Below are positions 10,340 through 20,444 of a DNA stretch of 64,000 nt, piece by piece. Made by a program: the position numbers and the translations under genes. The stretch lies in contig CAWETI010000002.1 of NCBI GenBank assembly GCA_963812015.1, forward strand, positions 832,001-896,000. The letters are read 5' to 3'. This DNA is from an uncultured delta proteobacterium (lineage in GTDB: Bacteria > Desulfobacterota > Desulfobaccia > Desulfobaccales > 0-14-0-80-60-11). Positions within the stretch are counted from its first letter, which is position 1; each line of letters opens with the position of its first letter. Under the pieces are notes generated by a model, which saw only the letters and a program-made list of their open reading frames with translations, had not been told where the DNA came from and did not search any database.

Positions 10340-10858
10340 ATGATTCCCCTGGTGCAAAAACTAAGGCCGAGCCTAAAGATCATGATCGCGGCCCTCGGTG
10401 TGCTTTGTTCCCTGGTTCCCGAAGCTGTCCTGGCCACCACCCAGTCTTCCGACATCCTGTACCTGAATGGCCAGACCCATTCCCTGGAGAGCCTCCCCCT
10501 GGAACAGTATTACGGCCCCGCCAATCCCCGCCCCAAGTTCCGTGCGCCCAACACCGCCACCTGGCGCGGCTACATCGCCACCTGGGAGATCGACCGGGGC
10601 ATCCTCTATTTAAAGGCCATCCGGGCCTGGACCGATCAGCGTGAGGTGGGGCTGGAGGACCTGTTTCCCGGCCAGAAAGGCCCGGTGGCTGCAACCTGGT
10701 TTACCGGGAAGCTCAGGGTTCCCCAGGGCAAGATCCTCAAACCCGCGGTGCCCCATCCTATTTATGAAAAATACCTCATGATCACGGTGGAGAAAGGCAG
10801 GGTGGTCAGCCAGGAAGTCATTGACAATCCTCAGGGGACCCGCCCGCCGGGACCATAA
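10340..10858 (+). CDS. Exported hypothetical protein
   Basis: AAGGAG RBS, signal-peptide-like N-terminus, NTATWRGYIATWEI and ATWFTGKLRVPQG blocks look conserved. Confidence 0.7.
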   Translation: MIPLVQKLRPSLKIMIAALGVLCSLVPEAVLATTQSSDILYLNGQTHSLESLPLEQYYGPANPRPKFRAPNTATWRGYIATWEIDRGILYLKAIRAWTDQREVGLEDLFPGQKGPVAATWFTGKLRVPQGKILKPAVPHPIYEKYLMITVEKGRVVSQEVIDNPQGTRPPGP

Positions 10859-11085
10859 TCAGTTAAAAACCGGCCCTCTCCGGGATGTCCGCATGCGCAC
10901 CCATGGCCCCCTTTCTTGCCAAACCAGACGCTTATCCCTAAAGCCGAGAAAGGTGAGAATATGATCCACATCTGAGATTTGGGTAAAGTTGACCCCTCCG
11001 GCTTTTATGACCCTCAGAAGCGGCATCACCCATCCGGGGTATTCCATCCGGGCTGACCGGCTTGCCGGCCTGGTTGTCCATCGAC

Positions 11086-13155
11086 CTATGATGCCGCTTG
11101 TAAGACGACCGTCATCTCGGTGCCTCGGTGCGGTTCGCTGGCGACCTTGATTTCCCCCTGGTGGGCTTTCATAATGGTCTGGGAGATGGCCAGTCCCAGT
11201 CCGCTGCCTTTGGGCTTGGTGGAATAGAAGGGCTCAAAGATCTTATCGATGATGTCGGGGGGAATACCCTCGCCGCTATCGCTGATGCGCACCGACACCC
11301 TGTCGTTAAACCGGCCGCTGATAAAGGTCAAAGTCCCCCCGGCCGGCATGGCCTCGATGCCATTCTTGGCGATATTCAACAGCACCTGGCGCAAAAGCAG
11401 GGGGTCGAATTGCACCTGGGGGAGGTTGGGGTCCAGATGCAACGATAACGTGATGCGGTTTTCCTGCAGACTCGCTTCCAAGTTGAGGCACATTTCCCGG
11501 ATCAGGGAGTTGAGATCGATGGAACACTTTCTGGGCTCCGATAACTTCGCGAAGCTACCCACTTCGGCCAGAAATTCCTCCAAACGGCGAATTTCCTCAA
11601 CGATGATCCGGAGTTTTTCCACGTTCTTGGGGGGCTCAGTCACGGAAGTCTTCAAAACCTGACGGGCCATCCCGCCGATCACCATCAAGGGGTTTTTGAC
11701 CTCGTGGCTGATATGGGCCGCCATTTGGCCCAAGGCCGCCAGGCGCTCCGACTGCAGGAGCTTTTCTTGCATCTGTTGGCGCTCACGCAGGTCCCGGAAA
11801 AATCCCACCGTGGTAACCTCATGATCATCTCCATGAATAAGACTGGCGGAAAGTTCCACGGGAATGGGCTCTGCGGTTTTGCTCACTACCATGGTCTCAT
11901 AATGGATCAAGCTCCCTGTCCCCCCATACTCCGGGCTATCGATCTTGGCCCTGACCTCTTGGGCCACCCCGGTGGGATAGAGGTGAGCTACCCGGATCTT
12001 GCCGATCACCTCATCTCTGTCATAGCCCAAAATCCTCTCAGCGCCTTCGTTAAAAATGATAATATTGCCGCGCTGATCATTGGCAATAATGCCGTCGTTG
12101 GAGGTCTGGATCAGCTTGGTCTGAAATTCGTGCATCCGCTGGATTTTTGCGGCCAGGATCTCTTTTTCCTCACAGACATTGGCATTACGGATGGCAAAAG
12201 CGATTTCCTCGGCAATCGATTCGAGCAGCAGGCGGTCGTCTTCATAAAATGGCTCGCCGCCGGCCTTGTTCAGGACCTCCAAAACCCCGACCTTTTCATC
12301 CCCCGCCACCAGGGGAATGGCTACCAGGTTGTGGGTCTGAAAACCCGAGACGGAATCGAACTTGCCGTAAAACCGGGGGTCCCGCTGCACATCGTTGAAG
12401 ATGGCGGATCGTTGGGTTTGAAAGACATAACCCGCCAGTCCCTGGTTAACCGGGAAAGTGACATCCAACAAGACCGGCTTGGCAGGTCCTTCCACCCCGT
12501 AAAAGCGAAAGTTCTTTTTCTCCCCATCAAGGAGCAGCACCGAGGCGGCGGCGGCGGCAACGGCTGCCATACTGGAGTACAACACCGCCTCGATAACTTT
12601 ACGGAGGTTCAGGGTCTGAGCGACTTTGGAACTTACGGTCAGGTAAGTATTGAGGTGCGCGATTTTCTTGTCGTACGCCAACCGGTCCAGAAATTGGTCG
12701 ATGCAATACAGGAGCAGCCGGGTAATTTTGCTCATGAGACTCGGTTGGGGCGGCTTTCCTGGCCCAGGCAGCACTATTCCCAAAAACCCGCGCTTTTTCG
12801 TTCTGCTCCCCAGGGAAAACAAGATCAGGTTGGCCGCGGCTGGAGGGGGCAGGGGTAAGCTGATGGGCGGGGCGTCATCCTGGGTCTGCATCCGCTGGCA
12901 TTGCTCGGTGCACATGCCCTTGATTAAGGGCAGGGTGTTGGATTGAATCCCCTCTTGGAAAAAGGCGTGAAAGGGAGGTCGAGGTTCTTCCAGGCAAAGC
13001 AGGGCAGCAGTTGCTCCCGTCAGCCGGATCACCAGGGGGAGCACTCTCCGGGCCAGCCCTTCCAGGTCTTCAGCCTGCATCGCTCTTTCCGTAAGTTCTA
13101 ACAGTAGCGATGCTGCCTCAGGGGAAAAATGAACTCGAGATTCATGGTCGGACAT
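11086..13155 (-). CDS. GAF + PAS sensor histidine kinase (NtrB-like)
   Basis: GAF (GLAGYVF..NDVQRDPRF), PAS, H-box ISHEVKNPL, N-box NIAKNGIEAM, DSGEGI, FEPFYSTKPKGSGLGL. Confidence 0.93.
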   Translation of the reverse strand: MSDHESRVHFSPEAASLLLELTERAMQAEDLEGLARRVLPLVIRLTGATAALLCLEEPRPPFHAFFQEGIQSNTLPLIKGMCTEQCQRMQTQDDAPPISLPLPPPAAANLILFSLGSRTKKRGFLGIVLPGPGKPPQPSLMSKITRLLLYCIDQFLDRLAYDKKIAHLNTYLTVSSKVAQTLNLRKVIEAVLYSSMAAVAAAAASVLLLDGEKKNFRFYGVEGPAKPVLLDVTFPVNQGLAGYVFQTQRSAIFNDVQRDPRFYGKFDSVSGFQTHNLVAIPLVAGDEKVGVLEVLNKAGGEPFYEDDRLLLESIAEEIAFAIRNANVCEEKEILAAKIQRMHEFQTKLIQTSNDGIIANDQRGNIIIFNEGAERILGYDRDEVIGKIRVAHLYPTGVAQEVRAKIDSPEYGGTGSLIHYETMVVSKTAEPIPVELSASLIHGDDHEVTTVGFFRDLRERQQMQEKLLQSERLAALGQMAAHISHEVKNPLMVIGGMARQVLKTSVTEPPKNVEKLRIIVEEIRRLEEFLAEVGSFAKLSEPRKCSIDLNSLIREMCLNLEASLQENRITLSLHLDPNLPQVQFDPLLLRQVLLNIAKNGIEAMPAGGTLTFISGRFNDRVSVRISDSGEGIPPDIIDKIFEPFYSTKPKGSGLGLAISQTIMKAHQGEIKVASEPHRGTEMTVVLQAAS

Positions 13156-13708
13156 AACAGACCCCTGAAATAAGTAAGTTCTTTGGCTATCTTCCTTCCC
13201 CAGGCGCTACCCCAAATACTCCCGGAGAGGCTTAACGTGAAGATTGGCTGGACTCAGGGTGCGGCTCAAGGCCGCCATGCATCGCGAAGCTTCGGACCTG
13301 TGTATTATATCAATATTTCTAAAGATTTATCAAAAAGTTTCGGTTTGGCGCAGGCCAGTGACTATTTTGGGTGCCACCAGGCCCGTCCCGCCAGGGCGCC
13401 GAATTGGTGAGGCCGGCCCCGGTGACCAGGGTCATTGGTGGGGCACGAGGCTCGCGCTCCGCCTGGGGTTCCCCAGTTGAAAACCACCGCTTCCTCCTGG
13501 ATTGCTAACTATTCCCGGATATTGTAAAAATTGATTTTTAAAAAATTCTTGTGCTATCATCGCCAGGAGAGATAGGATGCCCTTGGAAGAGGGTCGTTTC
13601 AGGGATTAAACGCAGCCAAAAGACCGCAACCGCCATGTGAGGACAGGAGCCGCTGAAGCTGCCAAGTTTCGGATCACCATGGGTCAATTATTGGTCTGGA
13701 GAAAAACC

Positions 13709-14886
13709 ATGAACTGGCTGACTCGGGAACGCCTCACCGTTTACCCGCGCATCATTGTGGTCCTTTATATCTTGGTGGGTGGTTACCTGATCTTGCTGCC
13801 GGGCCTGCTCGGCCACGGGCTCGTCGACCGGCTGGGCAAGCCGATAGGTACGGATTTTGCGGTCTATTGGACTGCCTCCAAGTTGGCGCTAGGGGGGAAC
13901 CGGCCACCATATACGATCTTCCCAAACTGCAAGCCATTCAAGCAAGCCTGATCGGGGCGGATTTCCCTCTGGTCTGGTTTTATCCCCCCACTTTTTTACT
14001 GATCGTTCTGCCCTTGTCGCTTATGCCCTATCTGGCCTCCCTGCTTATCTGGAATACCGTCACCCTCAGCGCCTATCTGTCGGTCATCCGGCGCATTGCG
14101 CCGCATCCCTCCACTATCTGGCTTACTCTCGCCTTTCCCGGCACCTTCCAGAACTTCTTTCACGGTCAGAACGGTTTCCTGTCTGCCTCGCTGATCGGCG
14201 GTGGACTCCTCCTCCTGGATTCTTTCCCCGTTTTAGGGGGCTTGCTCCTCGGCCTGGTCAGCTATAAGCTGCAACTGGCGGTACTCATCCCCATTGCCCT
14301 CATAGCTGGGCGGCGTTGGCAGGCATTGGCGGCGGCCGCGGCTTCAGCCTTAACCTTGGCCTTAGCCAGCTTCCTGGTGTTCGGTCAGGGAGTATGGATA
14401 GCTTTTTTGAAAAACCTCTCGTTACCCATGCAACTCGTGAAGCTTGGTGCCTTGCCGGTGTACAAAATGGCGACAGTTTTTGCTGCCACCCTGCTCCTGG
14501 GGGGTAGTTCCCTGCTGGCCGGTATCCTTCAGGGCTTGGTCATGCTGGCGGTAGCGGCAGTGGTAATCTGGACATGGTCCAGACCAGGCATCCCTCTGGC
14601 ACGGCGCGCCTCAGTGCTGGTTTTGGGGATTCTCCTGTTTACCCCCTTTACTTTTGAATACGACCTTACCCTGCTCGTCCTCCCGCTTGCCTGGTTGGCA
14701 TGGGAAGGGTATACCCAAGGCTGGCCGGCAAAGATGCAAGGTTTTCTATTCCTTGGCTGGCTTATGCCGATCATCGCCCCTCTCCTGGCAAAGATGACGT
14801 ATTTGCAGGTAGGGCCAATGATTTTGGCGGCATTGATAATCTTCACCCTTGGCCTGCCCCCCCAGAAAAAGTGGTCATCAACTTAA
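13709..14886 (+). pseudogene. GT87/DUF2029 (GT-C) membrane glycosyltransferase split by a frameshift in a G6 run (13892-13897)
   Basis: MNWLTRERL..GKPIGTDFAVYWTASKLALG continues in another frame as GEPATIYD..WFYPPTFLL..GQNGFL..YKLQL..FEYDL; G7 would restore the frame. Confidence 0.82.
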
Positions 14887-15097
14887 GTCAGATTATGGGA
14901 AAACCCTCATGCCTATTCCGAATGAAGCATAATTTAGTTCACTTTGCGGGGCCTGAACCCTTTGTTAAGGAAATTATCCCAAAGCGCTAACCCTGCTATA
15001 TAATGATGGCGGCAAAGCAAAATCATGGAAGCTCAGAGAGCCGGGCCCAAGGAGCGCCTTGTCCCGGGAGGCAGCTGATGCGATTCTAACTAACGCC

Positions 15098-15985
15098 ATG
15101 ACGTCCCTCAAACTCTACCTGGAACTGGCCCGGCCGCACCAGTACATCAAGAACGGTTTCGTCTGGCTGCCCATCTTTTTCGGCTATAAACTTTCGGACT
15201 GGCAGGCCCTCCACCAAACCGCCCTGGCCTTCCTGGTCTTTTGCCTTGCGGCCTCCAGCGTCTATGTCCTCAACGACCTCTGGGACATGGCCGAAGACCG
15301 TCAGCATCCGGTGAAGCGGCACCGCCCCCTGGCCAGCGGCGAGCTGCGTCCCGCCCAGGCGGTCCGCTTTCTGGCCCTCTTGCTGGCGGGGGCCGGGATA
15401 CTGGCCGGCGCCTTCCTGCCTACGTCCTGCCTGGTGATCCTGGGGAGCTACCTGGCCCTTAATCTGGCCTACTCCCTCTTCCTCAAACATTTTGCCGTCG
15501 TGGACGTGGTGTGTATCGCCCTGGGGTTCGTGCTCAGGGTGTACGCCGGGGGCGTGGCCGCCGCGGTCCCCGTCAGCCATTGGATTGTGGCCCTGACCTT
15601 TCTGCTGGCCCTCTTTCTGGCCCTGGGCAAAAGGCGGGACGACCTGATCCTGGCAGCCGACGGTCACGGCGCCCGGAAAAGCCTGGACGGCTACAACCTG
15701 GAGTTCGTGGGTCTCTCCATGGGCGTCATGGCCGCGGTAATTATCGTGGCCTACCTCCTGTACACCGTTTCCCCCGACACCATTAGGAAGCACGGCACCG
15801 ATCAGCTCTACCTGACCGCTTTCTGGGTCATCGTCGGCCTGCTGCGCTACTTCCAGATCACCCTGGTGGAAGGCCGCTCCGGCTCCCCCACCAAAATCTT
15901 TCTCAACGACCACTTCCTCCAGATCGTCATGCTTCTGTGGCTCCTGTCCTTTTTTGTATTGCACTACTTATCCAGGTTCGCTTAA
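15098..15985 (+). CDS. UbiA-family polyprenyl-phosphate phosphoribosyltransferase (Rv3806c/NoeC-like)
   Basis: LARPHQYIKN, YVLNDLWDMAEDRQHPVKRHRPLASG, LALGKRRDDL. Confidence 0.9.
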   Translation: MTSLKLYLELARPHQYIKNGFVWLPIFFGYKLSDWQALHQTALAFLVFCLAASSVYVLNDLWDMAEDRQHPVKRHRPLASGELRPAQAVRFLALLLAGAGILAGAFLPTSCLVILGSYLALNLAYSLFLKHFAVVDVVCIALGFVLRVYAGGVAAAVPVSHWIVALTFLLALFLALGKRRDDLILAADGHGARKSLDGYNLEFVGLSMGVMAAVIIVAYLLYTVSPDTIRKHGTDQLYLTAFWVIVGLLRYFQITLVEGRSGSPTKIFLNDHFLQIVMLLWLLSFFVLHYLSRFA

Positions 15986-16001
15986 GGGGGTTGCCAAGGG
16001 C

Positions 16002-17300
16002 ATGAAACTGAGCGGATGGGGGAGATACCCGGTGGTGGACAGTCAGGCGCAGTCTTTTGCCAGCCTGTCCGAGCTCCACCGCCGCCTCGCCGCCCCCGGC
16101 GACCTCATCGTTCACGCCCAGGGGCGGAGCTACGGCGACAGCGCCCTTAACGACCGGGTGCTCTTGACCCGCCGCTTCAACAAGATCCTGGACTTCGACC
16201 CCCGGACCGGCAGGGTCACCTGCGAATCCGGCGTCACCCTGGCCGAGCTCCTGGAGGCCTTCCTGCCCCGAGGCTGGTTTTTGCCGGTGGTCCCCGGGAC
16301 CAAGTTCATTAGCGTCGGCGGCGCCATCGCCAGCGACGTCCACGGCAAGAACCACCACCAGACCGGCTGTTTCAGCGAGTGCGTGGAGGCCTTCGAGCTC
16401 CTGCTCCCCGACGGCCAGGTGGTGCCCGTGAGCCGCACCGAGAATCGCCCCCTGTTCCTGGCCACCTGCGGCGGCATGGGGCTCACCGGGGTCATCATTG
16501 CGGCCAGCCTCCGCCTGCTTGGTATCCAGAGCGCTTATATCCGGGAGACCGTGCAGCGCTGCGCCAACCTGCCGGAAGTCTTCCAGCGCTTCGAGGCCAA
16601 TCAGGACGTCCCCTATTCCGTCGCCTGGATCGACTGCCTGGCCTCGGGTGAACATCTGGGACGCTCCGTCCTGATGCTGGGCCGGCACGCCCAGGCCGGT
16701 CTTTTGCAACTGCCGCCCCCCCGGCCCCTGACCATTCCCCTGGAGTTGCCCTCCTTTGTTTTAAACAAGCACTCCGTGGCCTGCTTCAACTACCTATTCT
16801 ACCATGGCAAACCCGACCTGGTGGCGGGCCGTCTCACCCCTTTGGAAGACTTTTTCTTCCCCCTGGACCGGATCGGCCACTGGAATCGCATGTACGGCCG
16901 CCGGGGCTTTACGCAGTACCAACTGGTGCTCCCCAAGGCGGCCAGCCTCACGGGCTTGACCGAAATTCTCCAGCGCATCAGTGCCGCGGGTCTCGGGTCT
17001 TTCCTGGGGGTGCTCAAGCTTTTCGGACCGGAAAATGACAACCTCCTCTCCTTTCCCCTGCAGGGATACACTCTGGCCCTAGACTTCAAAATCGACGCCC
17101 AACTCTTCCCCTTTTTAGACGAATTGGATCGGGTGGTCCTGGACCACGGCGGGCGCCTCTACCTCGCCAAGGACGTGCGCATGTCGGCGGAAACCTTTTG
17201 CCGGGGCTATCCCCGCTGGGAGGAGTTCGCCCTCATGAGGGAGCGCTACGGCCTCAAAACCAAATTTAATTCCCGGCAGTCCCGCCGCTTGGGGGTGTGA
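16002..17300 (+). CDS. FAD-linked oxidase, DprE1-like (polyprenyl-phosphoryl-ribose 2'-oxidase)
   Basis: LSGWG, GRSYGDSA, VPGTKFISVGGAIASDVHGKNHH, GGMGLTG, YSVAWID, GGRLYLAKD. Confidence 0.9.
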   Translation: MKLSGWGRYPVVDSQAQSFASLSELHRRLAAPGDLIVHAQGRSYGDSALNDRVLLTRRFNKILDFDPRTGRVTCESGVTLAELLEAFLPRGWFLPVVPGTKFISVGGAIASDVHGKNHHQTGCFSECVEAFELLLPDGQVVPVSRTENRPLFLATCGGMGLTGVIIAASLRLLGIQSAYIRETVQRCANLPEVFQRFEANQDVPYSVAWIDCLASGEHLGRSVLMLGRHAQAGLLQLPPPRPLTIPLELPSFVLNKHSVACFNYLFYHGKPDLVAGRLTPLEDFFFPLDRIGHWNRMYGRRGFTQYQLVLPKAASLTGLTEILQRISAAGLGSFLGVLKLFGPENDNLLSFPLQGYTLALDFKIDAQLFPFLDELDRVVLDHGGRLYLAKDVRMSAETFCRGYPRWEEFALMRERYGLKTKFNSRQSRRLGV

Positions 17301-17301
17301 T

Positions 17302-18033
17302 ATGCACGTGCTCATTTTGGGGGCTAATTCGGATGTGGCCCAGGCCCTGGCCCGGAAATTCGCCCAGGCGGAGCGGCCTCAACTGACCCTGGCCTCCCGG
17401 GATCTGGAACTTTTGGAGAAACAGGGCCGGGACCTGGAGATTCGCTTCCAGGTCAAAGCCCGCCCGGTGTATTTCGACGCCACCGACTTCGCCTCCCATG
17501 CCGAATTTTACGACCGCCTGGACCCCAAGCCGGATGTGGTGGTTCTGGCCTTCGGCTACCTGGGGGACCAGAAGCGGGGCCAAGAGGACTTTGAGGAGGC
17601 CCAGCGGATCATCACGGTCAATTTCCTGGGCGCGGTGAGCATCCTGGAGATTATCGCCCGGGACTACGAGGGCCGGGGCCATGGGTTTATCATCGGCATC
17701 AGCTCCGTGGCCGGGGAGCGGGGCCGCCAGAGCAACTACCTTTACGGGGCCGCCAAGGGGGCCCTGGCCCTGTACCTGGGAGGCCTCCGCAACCGCCTGC
17801 ATCCCCGGGGGGTGCGGGTGCTGACCGTGCTTCCGGGCTTCGTGGCCACCAAGATGACGGAGCACCTGGATCTGCCGGCGAGGCTCCTGGCCACTCCCGA
17901 GGAGGTGGCGGAAGACGTTTTCCGCGCTTATAAGAAAGGCAAGGAGATCGTCTACACCAAGGGGCTGTGGAAGTGGATCATGTGGATCATCAAAATGATC
18001 CCAGAAAAGATTTTTAAGCGGCTCTCTCTCTAA
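17302..18033 (+). CDS. SDR oxidoreductase, DprE2-like
   Basis: ILGANSDVA, SSVAGERGRQSNYLYGAAK, PGFVATKMT; directly follows the DprE1-like gene. Confidence 0.87.
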   Translation: MHVLILGANSDVAQALARKFAQAERPQLTLASRDLELLEKQGRDLEIRFQVKARPVYFDATDFASHAEFYDRLDPKPDVVVLAFGYLGDQKRGQEDFEEAQRIITVNFLGAVSILEIIARDYEGRGHGFIIGISSVAGERGRQSNYLYGAAKGALALYLGGLRNRLHPRGVRVLTVLPGFVATKMTEHLDLPARLLATPEEVAEDVFRAYKKGKEIVYTKGLWKWIMWIIKMIPEKIFKRLSL

Positions 18034-18117
18034 GCGTTATCGCCTAAAAATATCTCGAAACTGGACCGGACCGCCGGGCCCTTTCGAAAAATTACAAAAG
18101 ATCACGAAAGATTCTCC

Positions 18118-18726
18118 ATGAAGATTGCTTTCTTTGATTTTGACGGCACGATAACTGCCCGGGACAGCTTTATCGATTTCCTCATCTATGCCACCGGCTA
18201 TCTCAATTTTATCGCCGGGCTGTGCATCTTAAGTCCTGCCTTGCTGGCCTTCAAATGTAACTTCATCCCCAATTGGCGAGCCAAGGAAATCGTCCTGAGT
18301 CATTTTTTTAAGTCCTGGGAGCTGGAAGAATTTCGGACCCTGGCCTCGAAATACGCCAGAGAGAGATTGCCCCGGATCATCCGCACAACCGCGATGCAGA
18401 GAATTGCCTGGCATAAATCCCAGGGTGACCGGGTGGTGGTAGTCACCGCGGCGATTGACTGCTGGATCATGGATTGGTGCGGCCGGAATGGGCTGGATTT
18501 GCTGGCCACCCAACTGGAGGTGGCCGAGGGCAGATTGACCGGGAGGCTGGGCACCAAGAATTGCTACGGCCCGGAGAAGGTCAGGAGGATCAAAGCCGCC
18601 TATAACCTGGAGGAATTTAGCCGGATCTACGCCTATGGCGACAGCCCGGGCGACCGGGAGATGCTGGCCCTGGCGGATTGCGCCCATCTGGTTTCCGGCA
18701 AGGGCATTTCCCCGGTTTTACCCTAA
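18118..18726 (+). CDS. HAD-IB family phosphatase
   Basis: FFDFDGTIT, NCYGPEKV, YAYGDSPGDREML. Confidence 0.88.
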   Translation: MKIAFFDFDGTITARDSFIDFLIYATGYLNFIAGLCILSPALLAFKCNFIPNWRAKEIVLSHFFKSWELEEFRTLASKYARERLPRIIRTTAMQRIAWHKSQGDRVVVVTAAIDCWIMDWCGRNGLDLLATQLEVAEGRLTGRLGTKNCYGPEKVRRIKAAYNLEEFSRIYAYGDSPGDREMLALADCAHLVSGKGISPVLP

Positions 18727-18805
18727 CCGCCGCCAGCCGTGGTGGAGAGGCCCCCGGTTTTGGACCATTGGGGTGGGGAAAATTCGCCGCTTCCCAACCA
18801 ACGGA

Positions 18806-19099
18806 TCAGGAATTCTTTTGCCGGCGGGCTTCAAGCCTCGCTTTCAGCTCCGCCATGTGCTCCGGCCCGGGATCTTCAACCGGGCAGATGGGATAAAAGG
18901 TGCACCAATGCCGATGGCAGTACCCGGAGCACCGCAGATAGCAGTCCGGGTTGCCTTCCTTGCTCTGCTGTCTGCGAAACGCGTCCGCAAAGGCCAGCCT
19001 GGCGTGGGAGAGACATAACCCATGGCTGTAACCGCTCACCCCGGGCTCCGGCTCACCCCAAACCTTATCACAGCCTTGCCAAATGCATTTGTAAAGCAT
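18806..19099 (-). CDS. Small Cys/His-rich putative metal-binding protein
   Basis: MLYKCIWQGC..SHGLC..H..QQSKEGNPDCYLRCSGYCHRHWCTFYPIC; AAGGGGG upstream. Confidence 0.7.
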   Translation of the reverse strand: MLYKCIWQGCDKVWGEPEPGVSGYSHGLCLSHARLAFADAFRRQQSKEGNPDCYLRCSGYCHRHWCTFYPICPVEDPGPEHMAELKARLEARRQKNS

Positions 19100-19363
19100 G
19101 GCCCCCCCCTTTGGAGCACTCCCCCGAATGCTCCAAGGTACTTCCATACTTTATTCTTTACCTCTGGTTGCACATCCAGTCAAGCATTCACCTATCCCCG
19201 AAACCTCTGGTGAGACGTGCGCCAGGGGGTTTGGGGGAGGATGAGGGAGCTCACCCGCCAAGCGTTCCGCTGAGCTAGCCTAAGTAGTCTTGACATGGCG
19301 CAGACAAAGAGGGCTCTGGTTTCGACTTTTTCCCTGATGGCAATCCCTTCGAGAAAAGTTGCC

Positions 19364-19804
19364 TTAAACCGCGGCCTTCCTTCTCCCTCCCTTCGCTCCC
19401 AATCCTCTCTCCTTGGCCAGTTTGCTCCGCTGTTCGGAATAATCTTTGCACACCAGGGGGTATTTTTTGGGATCCAAGCCAAATTTCTTGAAATACTCTT
19501 TCGGTATAAGATTGTGAGCCTTGCGCAAATGGGTCTTCAAGGTCTTCATCTTTTTACCGCATTCCAGGCAGACCACGTATTTGGCCTTGACGATGTCTTT
19601 CAGAGGGATTGACGGTTTTATTACCCCTCCGGCAGCTTCGGCCTTTGCCGCGACTGGCTCCCCTAACTCCCCCCCGCCATCCAGAGAAGACAAGACACTG
19701 AACACCTCTTTAATTTCATCCACCAATTGCTCGGTGCTAAGCTCGGTCATGGAGGCATGGGAAATAACGATCTCGGTGGTTAATTTAAGCACTTCGCTGG
19801 CCAT
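19364..19804 (-). CDS. MucR/Ros family zinc-finger regulator
   Basis: LTTEIVISH, PSIPLKD, VVCLECGKKMKTLKTHLRKAH, YPLVCKDYSEQRSKLAKERGLG. Confidence 0.92.
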   Translation of the reverse strand: MASEVLKLTTEIVISHASMTELSTEQLVDEIKEVFSVLSSLDGGGELGEPVAAKAEAAGGVIKPSIPLKDIVKAKYVVCLECGKKMKTLKTHLRKAHNLIPKEYFKKFGLDPKKYPLVCKDYSEQRSKLAKERGLGAKGGRRKAAV

Positions 19805-20074
19805 GAACATCACTCCTTTTTGTTTAGCGGGATTAAGTGCAATTACCGTGTAATGTTCATCACTCACATTATAATGTCAAGGATTTTATCGTATATAGTC
19901 GATTATCTTTTATCTTTGCGTTTGGCTGAGCCCAGTTCATGCGATTTTTTAAAAAAGCTGGTTTGAGAATAGAACAGTGCCATAATATAAAAGGATGTCA
20001 GCGCCTGCACCTATGGTGAGATTTCACCTGGGTCGCTGAATTCCCCTTATTCTTATCCAAACGGAGGCCATTAC

Positions 20075-20407
20075 ATGCCTTATATTGCCCAGCAGCATCG
20101 CCAGGCCCTCGATCCCCTCATTGATGAACTGGCGGGGCGCATTGTCCGTGAAGCCCGGTCGTTCGACTACGATGGGGCCTTTGCGGGTCTATTGAATTAC
20201 ACCTGCACCCGTTTAGCCCTGCAGGTGGTGCGTCAGCAATTCGGGGCCATGCGCTATTGGCTCATCGCTTTGCTGAGCGGCACCTTCAGAAACATCGGCG
20301 ACGAATTCTACCGCCGGATTGCCGAGCCCTACGAAAACCGGCAGATTGAGAAAAGCGGGGATGTGGACCTGTATCGAGACTATGAGTTGGAGATCGAAAA
20401 AACCTGA
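20075..20407 (+). CDS. Conserved hypothetical protein (MPYI..LNY..EFYRR..PYE..GDV type, DUF6899-like)
   Basis: GGAGG RBS; motif pattern recognised by eye. Confidence 0.7.
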   Translation: MPYIAQQHRQALDPLIDELAGRIVREARSFDYDGAFAGLLNYTCTRLALQVVRQQFGAMRYWLIALLSGTFRNIGDEFYRRIAEPYENRQIEKSGDVDLYRDYELEIEKT

Positions 20408-20444
20408 GTTTCGCTCCCCTACCTTAACTGAGGAGACCATTTTG

